64,000 nt of DNA from Rhizophagus irregularis (Eukaryota), in the NCBI RefSeq assembly GCF_026210795.1, contig NC_089432.1:4092001-4156000 (forward strand). The letters run 5' to 3'. Position numbers and translations under genes: made by a program. Every line of letters begins with the position of its first letter. The first letter of the stretch is position 1. Under the pieces are notes generated by a model. That model saw only the letters and a list, made by a program, of their open reading frames with translations, was not told the DNA's origin and did not search any database. Shown piece after piece: positions 51,684 to 64,000 of this stretch.

Positions 51684-52010
51684 TTTGATATTATTGAGCG
51701 TTATCAAATGTATTGAATAATGATAAGTTAACAGTAAAGTTAGAAAAAAATGAAAAGTTAAGTTTATTGTGTATGCCTATTTTATATTTTTTTTTTCTCC
51801 GATGATAGTCGTACAAGCGTACAGCGACCAAACAAAAAAGTCAGTTGATGCTCACCTTGGCACCGCAGTACGCAGTAATTTTCACTGACAGGGATGCGTC
51901 ACTGATCACGTGCAAGCACGACTGAGTTCAAAAATACTAATTATCTTAGGGACAGAGATTTTTTTTAGTGGTCCAAAACTTATTTGTCACCCGTTAATTG
52001 GGCCTTAACC

Positions 52011-52481
52011 CAGTGTTTGGAAATGACCTACCATTTAAATGATTTATGAAATCATTTGGCATTATTTATAATCATTTGTCATTTGGTCATTTCAATCATT
52101 TGATTTTGATTGGCTAATATTTATCACATAAATAATCATGTGACTATACTAATTAAAAAATAATGAATGTAGTGTAGGCAAAAATTATAATGTTGACCAT
52201 AAGTACAGATCGAAGAGTGAGGTCCCGTAGGGGATGACGAACAAAGTTCTATACACATATATTAGTTTTAAGTCTTTACGAACTCTTTCTTCTTTTATTT
52301 GTAATAGTCTGGGTTCTACCACTCTTTTAGTAATAAAATAAATAAATAAATAAAACATAATGTTGACCAAAATTACATTCAAATGACCAAGGTCATTTGT
52401 CATTTTAGCATTGAAATGACATGTCATTTGTCATTTGTTATTTGAATCATTTGGTCATTTCAAGTCATATGCCGGACACTG
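52011..52481. mobile_element. hAT-type MITE with TCATTT subterminal repeats
   Basis: CAGTGTTTGG / CCGGACACTG ends; 8-bp TSD CCTTAACC/GCTTAACC. Confidence 0.75.
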
Positions 52482-52519
52482 GCTTAACCTGTCACACATT
52501 TCGGACATGCTTTTCACAT

Positions 52520-53529
52520 GCACGTCCGTATTGTGTGCCAGGTTGGTGGCGCAACCAAAGTGCCACAGCCACAATCACGTGATATATCCAATCACAAAAT
52601 ATATTCGTATTGTCAAAATTATTTTTTTTTTTAAGATATTATAAAAAATAAAATTATTTCATTACTTTTTACGATAATTACATTTTTATTCACAATTTTA
52701 TTAAATTTAAAAACAAATAAACAATATTATTTTAAAGAAATTAATTTTCAAATACACTAAAAAATGCTAACTACTCCATAACGATAATATTTAGTTACGA
52801 TAAAAATTAATATCTAAGTAATTCCACACCAGCTAAATGATGTTGCTTAATCTTTTTAGGCTTGTTTTATCTAACAAAAGCATTAAAATAATGCGGTAAA
52901 GTGAAAAAAATCAATCGCACGCGATATAGTAATTTTATACAAAAAATATTCATACTTTTGCAAATATTAAAGATTTTTAATAAAAATTAATATGTAAGTA
53001 GTTCCATACCTGCTAAAAAACTTAGCCTAAGCTTCTTAAACCTATTTCATTTAGTCAAAATCCTGGAATCACGCTACAAAAATAAAAAACAAATGTAACT
53101 CAATAAACTTTCTTATATTTTGCAAATATTTAAACAATATTAATAAATAAAGTAATATAATAGTGTTCTCATACTTGTTAAATAGCTCTCTTTAGCCACT
53201 CAAATATTGTTTCTTTTAATAACTAAAATTGTTTTAACTAATATGTCAAAATCTATTAAAAAACGCGTTTATTGTAAATAAAAAGTAGCCACAGCTTTAT
53301 AATAATATTCTATTACTCAAACTTTTAGAAAGTATTTATTTTTTTTTATTGTTATTTAATGGTTTTAAAAAATATTTTAACATAGTTTGAAAAAAAAGGA
53401 GAGAGAGTCGAGAAATAATTTTATCTGTTATTGCAAACAAATAAACAAATAAACTAGTATGGCTAGTATGGCATCACAATCTGTGGCACAGCATGTACGC
53501 CACTAACCTGGCACACAATACGGACGTGC
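52520..53529. mobile_element. Mutator-like non-autonomous element
   Basis: TIR GCACGTCCGTATTGTGTGCCAGGTT... with perfect 9-bp TSD TTTTCACAT. Confidence 0.88.
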
Positions 53530-56244
53530 TTTTCACATATATAATGACGTCATCAAGAAATTTTGAAAAAAAATTTACTAAATAGTACCTTTAATATATT
53601 CTTTTTACGGTATGACATTTAATAATACTGTTAAAATTTAAAGTCAAATAATTATTTACAGAGTGTTATTAAGATATATACAACTCTCTTAATAAAATCA
53701 AATTTTTTTATTCGTTATAAAGGTTGGCGTTATATGAATAAAATGAGTAAATGATCCCTACCATAATCATTCCAACAATATATTGGAATCTTTTTAAAAT
53801 GTGACAAAGATAAGAAGAAACAGGACGTGGGATTTGGCTGGAATACTGCTGGAACTCAGGAATTTTTTTTCTAGATGAGTTTGATGGTGGGAACTTGAGC
53901 ATTTTTTTAAACCATTTTTTTAACGAAATACTTACTAACGTTTTGTTTCTTCTTTTTTTAGATGGCTAAAGAACGCAACAGTAAATAGCATTTTATCCAA
54001 ATATCCAAAAACTTGATACTACTATACTTATGATAGCCAAATGATCTACGAAGTCAGCAAACTCATACTTGTCTTATCAAGATACACATAATGATACTTA
54101 TCAAGATGAAATTATTATACGAGTTTGGCCTACTGGATTTACTTTAAATGATAAAATCTTTGCAATGACAATTTGTCATTTTATTTTAAGCAAAGATTAT
54201 GACGGAATGTCACAGTATATTATGAAGATCATAGAAGTAACGTACCGTATATTCATTATTTGTATACTAATTACTAATTAGTATTTTTACCTTATAGGTA
54301 CAAAATGAATGATGGTTAATACTTATTTTCATTAAGTATGTATAGTATTTTACTTATTAAACATTTTTTTTATATATGTAAATTGACATTAAAATATATT
54401 TCTCTTTTTATTAGCGAAAATTTGGAAAGATATACATAACATTTGCATACAGCACATAGAATTTCGTTTACTTTAATGTTTTAATACAATAAAAATTATA
54501 ATATAATATAATACTTAAAATCGTACAATATAATACATAAAATGTATAATATAATGTTTAAAAGTGTAAATACATTGTAAACAAAATTTTACAATTTATT
54601 ATTTCATTAATGCGCGTTTTGAGGGTGCACAATTCGATTATCATAAAACACAAAATCTTGCACATTTTTGTAATTTTTTTTTGTGCATATACTGCGCATA
54701 AAAATTTAGTGATGAAAGTCCAAAATAAGACAAACTCTAAAAAAATAAATTAGTACTAAAGATAAAAAGATAAATTAAAAAACCCAAAATTCACTTACAT
54801 TTTCATAAGAGATCGCTAAAACAAAAATGTAATATAAAAAATAAATCTATAATTTTTTCACATTAAGAAAAGTGTTTAATCTAGGTAAAAGAGAAGGATG
54901 AAAAGAGGGAGAGAGGAATAAAAAGAGAGGGAGAGAAAGGCGAAGAACGAAAAAAGGGGAAAAGGAAAAAATGGGAGAGGAAAAGGAAAAAATGAAAGAG
55001 AGGGAAAGGGAAAGTACGAAAAAAGGGAAAAAGGAAAAAATGGGAGAGGAAAGGAAAATGAAAGAGAGATAAAACTGTAAAAGAGGAAGAACGAAAAAAA
55101 AGAAAAAGAAAAAGAAAAACAAAGAGAGGGGGAAAAAGGAAAGGGGAAGAAATCCGAAGAATAAAAGAAAAGTTTTGTTAAAAAAAAAGCTTAAAAGTTA
55201 GATCAGTTAGATCGATCATTAGTATTATATCACGTGATACACGTGATACATAAATTTATATCGCATTCAATATTTTGCAGTGCGAATCCTGAACAAAAAT
55301 TACATGCACAATATTTTGCAATGAATTGTAAAATAAAATTTCTATTTTGCGCAAAAAATCAACAATTTAAATACTTTACAATATATTGCACAATATTGAA
55401 ATTATTGAGCAATAATGTGCAATATTGAATCCTCCAAAATTTAGTGATGTTGATATTTTTGATTAATTATTTTTAATTAACAGTAAACAGTTAATATCAA
55501 ATACACCTTTGACTAATTTAATTATTATTTTTAAAGAAATCATATAGTATATAAATTACTAACCTTAATTTGTTTTTTTTTTAATTGATAAACGCATTAT
55601 TATTTCTGTAAATGTAGAAGAACAAGTTACATGTAATTACTAACCTTAATTAAATAATCTCTGTAAAATAATTGACCTTATCAAAATTTTTAATAATAAT
55701 GAGATTATCGGAGAATTTTTTGTTTTCTCATTAAAATATTTTAGTTGCCATCCTTTCAATCTAAATAAATACATTATTTATCACGGATTATTTTCTCAAT
55801 AATAAATAGACATGAATGTAAAGACTCTTCAGTTTATTTCTGAAAAATATTCCAAGATTTTTTTAATAATACAATGCATACTTTGGAAGTGATCTATTGT
55901 TTTCTTTTTTATTTAAAGGTAAAAAAATTGAACAAAGAAAGAGACTTATTCATAATTTACACTATGCGATTTAATTTATATTTATAATAATTATGTATTT
56001 TCTTTTTATTCTAAGCCTCCGCCATGATTATCTTTAAGAATAATATGACTTATTTATAATTGTTTTGCTTTGTATTCTATTTTCGCTAAAATTTAATTTA
56101 TCTTTAAAAAATCACCTATATAAATGATAAATTAGAAAAAAAATAAATAGATAATTATTTAAATGAATATTATTAAACTAATTAGCTAATATGTGTCATA
56201 TTATGGAAATTCTCATTCAATTTAGATATAGAATCCAATATTAT

Positions 56245-56405
56245 CCCAGTAAATAGTTTTTGTATAAATTTATACCAAACGGGCTCATTGGCTCGAAATT
56301 AGCTCAAATTTATGCAAAAAATAATCCAAATTTAAGCCCATCTAGAGCCAATTATATATGGATGAGCCCATTTGGTACAAATTTATACAAAAACTATTTA
56401 CTGGG
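56245..56405. mobile_element. CCCAG...CTGGG MITE (3-bp TSD)
   Basis: TSD TAT; empty site CCAATATTATGAAAG at ~32331. Confidence 0.9.
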
Positions 56406-57042
56406 TATGAAAGAATTATATTCCGTAAAAGAAAGCTTTTAATGATTAAAATACTAAAATATAAATAAATTAGAAATGAAATGTTACACTATTAAAATAC
56501 AATAATAATTATTGCATTTTTATAATTGCTAGTAATAAGTATAATTATAAGTAAGGTTAAAAACTTTTAATTAATTGATTAATTTATTTATTTTTCTTTT
56601 TTTTTTGATGGGAAAGGTTAGAAAAAGCTAAAATGATTTTTATCAAAAATCATTTTGTATAGAATATCCAAAAACTGACTAGGAACTTTCTTTTATTTTA
56701 ACTTTAAGATTTATGTTTTACTTATTTATTGTCATTTTATAATTGAGTTATTTTACTATAATTTATTTTTTAAAAATAGCAAAGAATACAAATGTTAAAA
56801 TTTTACACTCTTAAATTTTTGATATTTTAAAAGACATTTGAAAGATATTATGGAATACAAATTATATTTAAGCATAAAAGAAACTATATAAAAATGATCA
56901 TATAAAATACATAATATTATTATGACAATTTATTTATTTTATGTTTTAAAGCAGTGTATTTACTATATTGTAAATTTTTAGAACAAATAACACTGCAAAT
57001 AAAATGATTTAATGTTTTAATTTAATAATTAAAGAAAAATTA

Positions 57043-59336
57043 CTATAAATTATTGATTTTATTCTGAAGGTTACTTAAATTACTCTTTGCTAACTCATAT
57101 CCTTGTTTGGCAGATTTTTCATACCAATATATTGCTTTATATATATCTTTCGCAATTCCATCTCCTTTTTCATACATTAAAGCAAGATTATTTTGTGCGA
57201 CATTATCTCCTAAATTTGCAGCATTTTGATATAATTCAAATGCTTTTTGCTTATCAATTTTAGTTCCAATACCATTACTATAACAATATCCTAGCATCAT
57301 TATTCCTCCTGAATATCCTCCTTCAGCTGATTGCTTATACAATTTAAAAGCTTTATTATAATCTTTTTTAACACTAATTCCATTTCTATAACAATTACCA
57401 AGATTACACATTGCTATTAAATTTCCGTTATTTGCAGCTTTTTCATACAAATAAAAAGACTTTTTTAAATCTTTTCAACACCTATTCCATTTCTATAACA
57501 ATAACCAAGACTTAATTGACCATATGATAAATTATTATTGGCCACTTCCTCATGATATTCAAAAGCTAATTTACCATTTTTCATAGTTCCATATCCATAT
57601 GTATAACAAATACCAATAAATTGTTGTGCCAATATATGATTTTTTTCTGATGCATTAATAAACAAATTAAATGCTTTCTCATCATTTCTATTTGTTATGA
57701 TTTTATAATAATTAAAATATCCAAGAATAAAAATCGAATTAGAACTATTTTGATTATTTAATAACCAATTATAAAATTCTTGTGAATTTATATTATGATT
57801 ATAAAAATATTCAATAACTCGTTTTTTTGATTCCTCTTCAATTCCTTTAATATTTAATTCAGTAATAAAGTCATTTATTTCATTAGCTATCATGTTAAAA
57901 TCTTTTTCAGTTGAATGATTTTCTTGTTTACTTGATATTGCCATAGAATCAATTTCTTTTGTATTCATTTTATTAAAATTTTGAATAAGTCGAGATAAAT
58001 CTCCTTGTGATTCTGAATTATTACTGCTTAAAGAAGTCACATTAAGTTCTAGTTCATTTGATATTTGATGATTTTCTATTATTACATCTTTTTTTGTAAT
58101 TATTGCATTTAGCCAATCAACTACTTGATATATAGTTGGACGATTATCTGGTTCCCCATCCCAACATTCTAAAAACAAGCATAATTTAGAATTAATAATA
58201 TTCAAATTATAAAAATTTTAAAACATAAAATTATTACTTACTGGTATAAATTTTAACATATTCATCAGGTGTATCAGGAACAACAGTTTCTCTATGACCT
58301 TGCGAAATATCCAAAGCTAAACCAATGTCATATTGTTCACCTTCAACATAAAAAGGAGGTTGCCCGCTGGATATCTCCCATAGTAATACGCCCAAACTAT
58401 AAATATCGCTTTTTTCATTTAATGAATACACTTGCGTTGATTGGTTATTATTTCTTCGTCTACCAAAACTTTTTGGGTCGACGTAAGGAACTATCCCAAA
58501 TAATTTAGATTGAAAATTTGATGATGCTCCGATTCTTTTGGATAATCCGAAATCCGCTAATTTGATTGTGTTATTACGTAGAAGTATATTACAGGAGTGC
58601 TATTAATAAATGTATATTCAGATAAGTAATACAGTATAATATCATTAATAATCGAATAATGTTAAATAAATTACCAAATCACGATGCACTATTCCTTCGT
58701 TATGTAAGCATGATACAGCGCAAGATAACTGGTATGCCATTTTATATTTGTCGTCCCAAGAAAGTTTAGTAAAGTTTTCCTCCAAATAACATCGAAGACT
58801 ACCACCGTCGGCGTACTCCATTACTAACCAATAATTATTATGATTATCTAATGAATAAAAAAAAAAAATCGCTAAATGCATTTCTTTGAATTTTATGATT
58901 AACAAGAATATTATATTTATTAAAGATAACGTCGGTCAATAATACCTGTCTCGAGTTTTGTTATCCCATAGCAACGAATAATGTTATCATGAAAATCAAC
59001 TTCTCGTTGAATTTTTAACTAAAATAAAATTTAAATATTTAAAAATAAGTATATTAAATAAATACTGTATAATCGTAAACGAAAAAAAATTATTTTATAT
59101 TAAATTACCTCACGAACAATTTCTTTCACGGTGACGTTATCAAGACTAAAAAAAGATTTTAACGCAAATTGTTTTTCTGATTTTTTCCAATTTGCACGAT
59201 ATACTTTTCCGAAACCTCCGGTACCAATATGTTGAATATTATTAAATTGGTTGTATTCATAAAATTTAAAATAGTCTTTATCAACAGCTTCCTCAATCCA
59301 ATTTACCCATTCATTTGTTTGCTCGGTATCTTGCAT
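57043..59336 (-). CDS. Kinase + Sel1 repeat gene (5 exons) with a 1-nt frameshift in an A-run near 57473
   Basis: Same exon structure as 18234-20394, with GTGGFG, FALK, HRDLHSCN and DFG. GAAAAGATT here instead of GAAAAAGATT separates ORFs 57465 and 57043. Confidence 0.85.
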
Positions 59337-59811
59337 TCTGATATTATCGAACATTATTGAACGTATTGAATAATGATAAGTTAACAGTAAAGTTAGAAAA
59401 ATATGAAAAGTAAAAAATTATTAAAGTTTATTGTATGTGCCTATTTTATATATTTTTTTTTCTCCGATGATAGTCGTACAAGCGTACAGCGTGGTTTAGT
59501 ATTACCTGCTACCAAACAAAAAAGTGTTTCACCTTGATACCGCAGTACGCAGTAATTTTCACGTTTATATAATGACGTCATCAAGAAATTTTGAAAAAAA
59601 AAAATTATAACAATATTATTAAATGTCGTACCGTAAAAAGAATATGTACAATCTATTCCCTCCTATTTATATAAAAGTTAAAAATTCAAAAATAAATTGA
59701 AAAAAAAAGTCGAATGTACTTATATTTATATAATATGTTTTAAGCTTATTATTTTTTTTTTTGAAATGAATATTACAAAGTTAGTAAAAAAATGGGGATA
59801 TTAAAGTATTA

Positions 59812-60248
59812 TTGCCATTTTCAGAAATGTTGACAATCTAAAATTTTGACCATTTTATACCGAACACACCGAACACACCGTGAACACATACAAAAAATTA
59901 TGCAAACTTGAAGTATTCATGCATAACTTTATATAAAAACTATTTTTGTCATTTTTTAGATATGAATAAAATTGAAAATATGAAAATTTGTACCGAACAC
60001 ACACCGAACACACCGAACATTGGCAAATACAAGCAAATACAAGTGAATACATATATGTAAATAATATAATTTTTATACATTTTTTTATGCACACTACCTA
60101 AAAATATATTACTGAAGTTTTAATTTTGTTTTTTTTAAAGGAAAATTTGTTTTTTTTTAATTTTAATTGCTGTGTTCGGTGTGTGTTCGGTGTGTTCGAT
60201 TTATAGAAATGATCGACATTCTAATGTCAACATTTCTGAAAACGGCAA
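59812..60248. mobile_element. MITE with TA TSD and CCGAACACA subterminal repeats
   Basis: TTGCCATTTTCAGAAATGTTGACA / TGTCAACATTTCTGAAAACGGCAA; empty site AGTATTAATCAC at ~42009. Confidence 0.8.
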
Positions 60249-61114
60249 TAATCACATAATTATTTACAGAGTATATACAACTCTCCTCTTGATAAAAATC
60301 AAATTTTTATTCGTTATAAAGGCTGACGTTATTGAATAAAATGAATAAATGATCCCTACCATAATCATTCCAACAACATATTGGAATCTTTTTAAGATGT
60401 GTTATAAGATGAAATAAGAATATTCTAATTTATCAAAAGTATCATTACATAATTTGATCTAATATAAATGTAACAAATATTATTTTTGAAAAAATTCTAA
60501 TGGTTTTCTTCTCATTACTTTCTATAAATTAAAAATTATCTAGAAAATTTTTATTCACCAATTAAATGAATATTAATTAAAAAGGATGATGATGATTTTA
60601 TGGCTAATAAATGTAAAATTTTTTTAGCTAAAATATTATCAAATGATTTTGTGGCATAAATGACAATTTTCTTATGTTTTCAATAAAACTTCAAAATCTT
60701 CTAACCGGTAAAACTTCAATATTTGAACACGTTACTATTCAGTAGAGAATTTCAAGTTTTTGTAAATAAATTTCTTTTAAACTATTATCATCATTACGTC
60801 CGTATTCACTGACACCTATTAAACTGACATAAATTATACCGGCGTCATTTTGCCTACTTGCCAATTCACCGGCATCACATTTTCCCGAAACCATTTTAAC
60901 GAATCCCTATTTTGCCGACAAGCCATGATGATCAACATAGAACAGTATGTATATTAAATCAATAAGAAAGCAAGGAATATTTTCAATGATATAAATTTTT
61001 TTGTTTCTAAATTCTAACCGTTCTATTTGAAAAAAAAAAAAATAGAGAAAAGATTACAAAGGAATAATTACAGTAGATTGGTGCTATATAATCTTACATT
61101 TTAGAACTTGAAAT

Positions 61115-61928
61115 TAGTGCTTTGATCCAGATATTTTTTTTTTTGGATATCCAGATTTTGCAGTTTTCATCCAGATTATAATCCGGATGAAAAATATACG
61201 GTTTAAACCGGAATCCGGATGAATCTTTATATATATTTTTTTTGCATAGCACCATAACTTTATATAATTAAGATTTATAAATTATTATATTTTTTTTTTC
61301 ATTAAAGTGCGACCAATCCGACCATAGACAAAATTTCAAATACTGAAAAGTGAAAACACCAAAAACACTTGCATCACATGTTGGTCAACTAAGTTTAAAA
61401 CATAATAATTTACTAAACAAAGAATCATTTTTCACATTCAAATATTCAAAAGAAAAAAAAATTTATTATTATTTTTTTTACAATGAAATAATAATTATTA
61501 TTTTTAAATGAAAAATTATTCAGATCAAATTACAAAAAATTGAGATACTATAAAATTTATATAATTATAATAACTTTTTTTAGAAATTAAAATCTTAGTG
61601 TTGTATAATTTGATTCAAATAATTCTTTAATTTTTGAAAGAAGAAACAAATCTCATTTTAACATTTTAAAAATTGCCTTACTAACTCAACACATCTATCT
61701 ATAGCAATCTTTAGCTGTATATAAAAATATCTTGTTTATCAAAAATTTCATAATTATAGTTACAAGTAATTCTGGCCGAAATTAATATCACGTAACACTG
61801 GGAAAATAAAAATTTTTCGAAAATTTTTAATGTTACACAAATTTTAATTCTGGCCAGCATTATGAATACTGGCCAGAATTATTACCGATTAGTTGTAAAT
61901 CCAATCTGGATTCTGGATCAAAGCACTA
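61115..61928. mobile_element. hAT-type non-autonomous element
   Basis: TAGTGCTTTGATCCAGA / TCTGGATCAAAGCACTA with perfect 8-bp TSD CTTGAAAT. Confidence 0.9.
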
Positions 61929-62610
61929 CTTGAAATAACTTGAATTAAGGCGCAATAAAGAGTGAGGCGCAGTTAATAAATTGGTAAGCCGGTGATTTTA
62001 CATGTCGGTGAAATGGCATTTTGGTGAAAAGCTGAAACGGAGCCCCATAAAAAATTTTTCAGAAATGATCACGGGACTGGGTTTCTTTGGAATAAAATGA
62101 TCATTTATAGGAGTTTTTTCATATAGGGAGTAGGTAAATTTCATATCGGTAAAATAGAAGTCAGCAAAATGGTGTTGGTTAATTTCACGTAATTGAAATG
62201 GCTGTAACCCAATACGTCATCTTAATATAATCAAAACTATGAAAACAAATTTTAATCCTGTTAAATACTTAAATTAATGTTAATCACAAGGTTTAAAAAT
62301 TCTCAAGGAATTAGAAAGATATTCTATAGTTTAGATTCAACAACTGTCTGACGTGTAGTATAGATTTTATTTCTCAAATTTTTTTTGCGGGTATTTATAT
62401 TATGTTTTATTATCATTATAATTTGAACTCTTTCTTCAAACACATTATAATCTCCCTGTAAAAAATTTTTCAGAAAAATGATCACGTGTTTTGAGTTTCT
62501 TCAGAATAAAAATTAGAAAGTGATTATTTATCTAAGTTTTTCCAAAATTTTTTTATAAGACCTGAGCCTGAGTTATTATTAGCAAATATATTTTTGAACG
62601 GTATCCAGAC

Positions 62611-62977
62611 TAGAGGTCTGCATTGACCACTATTTTACAACCCAGCCTGGCCCACACTTGGAAATTAACATAAAGTGCCCAGCCTGACCTGGACTTAAAA
62701 TATCAAAAACCCAGCCTGGACCGGACCTGGACTTTTATTATATTATTTTGTTGTAAAAACAAAAAAATTGGCCAACTTAATTTTGGCCAGTTTTAATTTC
62801 GGCCGGAATTAAGACGATTTTGGCCAGAATTACAAAAATCTGGGTTTGACGAAAATTCATGTGCCGGCCTGGACCCAGTCCGGGTGAATTTTGAAGAAAA
62901 TTTGCCGGCCTAAACCCGGATCTGGGTCTGGGCCGGGTTAGGGTTTCCAGGTTCCAGGTCCCATTTGCAGACCTCTA
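62611..62977. mobile_element. hAT-type MITE
   Basis: TAGAGGTCTGCA / TGCAGACCTCTA with 8-bp TSD ATCCAGAC. Confidence 0.9.
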
Positions 62978-62985
62978 ATCCAGAC

Positions 62986-63603
62986 TAGGATGGCAATGGT
63001 CACGGTTATTAACCAATCATAACCAGTTATGACCGTGATCGATATCATTCAGTCAAAGGCTTCTGACTGACTATTTACAGCAAATTCAAAATATATGGGA
63101 TACGAGCAATTTGATTGTTGGGTTGTCAGGGTTATTATATAATCTGATATACTACTTACTATTATACTCATATCATGATTGTCACGTGTTATTTATACTT
63201 TTCTAATAAATAACCTACTGCTGAGTAACCCAGCTACCTGACAACCTGACAATCAATTTTCTTAAGTTTCCCGTATATTTTGAATTTTACTGTAACTGAC
63301 TGTTTAACTGACCATTAACTGACCATTTAATCATTTAACACTTTTTTTATGAACTTAATCAATAAAAAAAGTTGTTATAACATTTCTTTAGTGGATTTAA
63401 TCAAAAAAAAAACACTTTAACATTTGTTCTTAATTAAATTCATTAAAAAAAATGGTTAAATGGTCAGTTAAACGGTTGGTTGAATGGTTCGTTCAACAGT
63501 CAGAAAAACAGTCAGTCAAAATGGTCAGTCGGTCAAAGGCCCTTAACCGGTAACCGGTTATGACTGACCGATAACTGATCGTGACCGACCATTGCCATCC
63601 CTA
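62986..63603. mobile_element. hAT-type MITE (same family as 31337-32177, opposite orientation)
   Basis: TAGGATGGCAATGGTC / GACCATTGCCATCCCTA with 8-bp TSD ATCCAGAC. Confidence 0.88.
63078..63292. mobile_element. Nested Tc1/mariner-type MITE
   Basis: CAGCAAATTCAAAATATATGGGA / TCCCGTATATTTTGAATTTTACTG with TA flanks. Confidence 0.78.
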
Positions 63604-64000
63604 ATCCAGACTTTTCACTAAGTTCGTATTACTGAAACTCATTCCGAAGTTATTTTGCCAAAATGAAATTTCGCTGGAGTGATATCATTAAATTGAAGTT
63701 TTCAGATTTAATATTATCCAATCAAAAATTGTCACGTTTTAATTGATGATAAAGATATTAATATAGTATGATATTTTTGATTAATTATTTTTAATTAACA
63801 GTAAACAGTTAATATCAAATACACCTTTGACTAATTTAATTATTATTTTTGAAGAAATTATATGGTATATGAATTATTAACCTTAATTGAATAATTTCTA
63901 TAAAATAATTGACCTTATTAAAATTTTTATTAATAATGAGATTATCAGAAAATTTTTTGTTTTCTTATTAAAATATTTTAGTTGCCATCCTTTCAAGAAT

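Noticed and set aside
53800..54500. Short exon-like segments with GT-AG borders
   Set aside because: No continuous reading frame or recognisable domain could be assembled.
54847..55170. F/S-rich ORF in a purine-rich tract
   Set aside because: Low-complexity GA sequence; no coding evidence.
54621..55433. Possible TIR element with GAGG...CCTC ends
   Set aside because: The ends match only weakly and I could not find a TSD.

Overview
Very AT-rich eukaryotic DNA with short GT-AG introns. The gene content (kinase-Sel1 fusions, F-box relics) points by inference to an arbuscular mycorrhizal fungus of the Rhizophagus type. The window is an array of a ~3.6-4 kb unit duplicated in tandem and inverted orientation. 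It holds eight Sel1-repeat genes: two full-length tyrosine-kinase-like kinase + Sel1 genes and six kinase-less copies made by in-frame microhomology deletion. All eight share a conserved upstream block, and seven carry a perfect ATGACGTCAT palindrome. The array is heavily invaded by transposons. The main one is an 8.9 kb TA-targeting CMC (CACTA/Plavaka-like) DNA transposon (6573-15485) that splits one Sel1 gene. It carries a spliced DDE transposase plus two paralogous intron-containing accessory genes, one with an AT-hook and R/S/P tandem repeats. A related non-autonomous 4.8 kb element (45764-50542) keeps a decayed homolog of that accessory gene. Also present are a three-level nest (TIR element > LINE > Helitron-like element), a ~3.2 kb inverted duplication with near-identical genes, and about 15 MITEs with readable target-site duplications (TSDs), some of which reuse the same target site. 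All calls were made by eye; no database searches were run.
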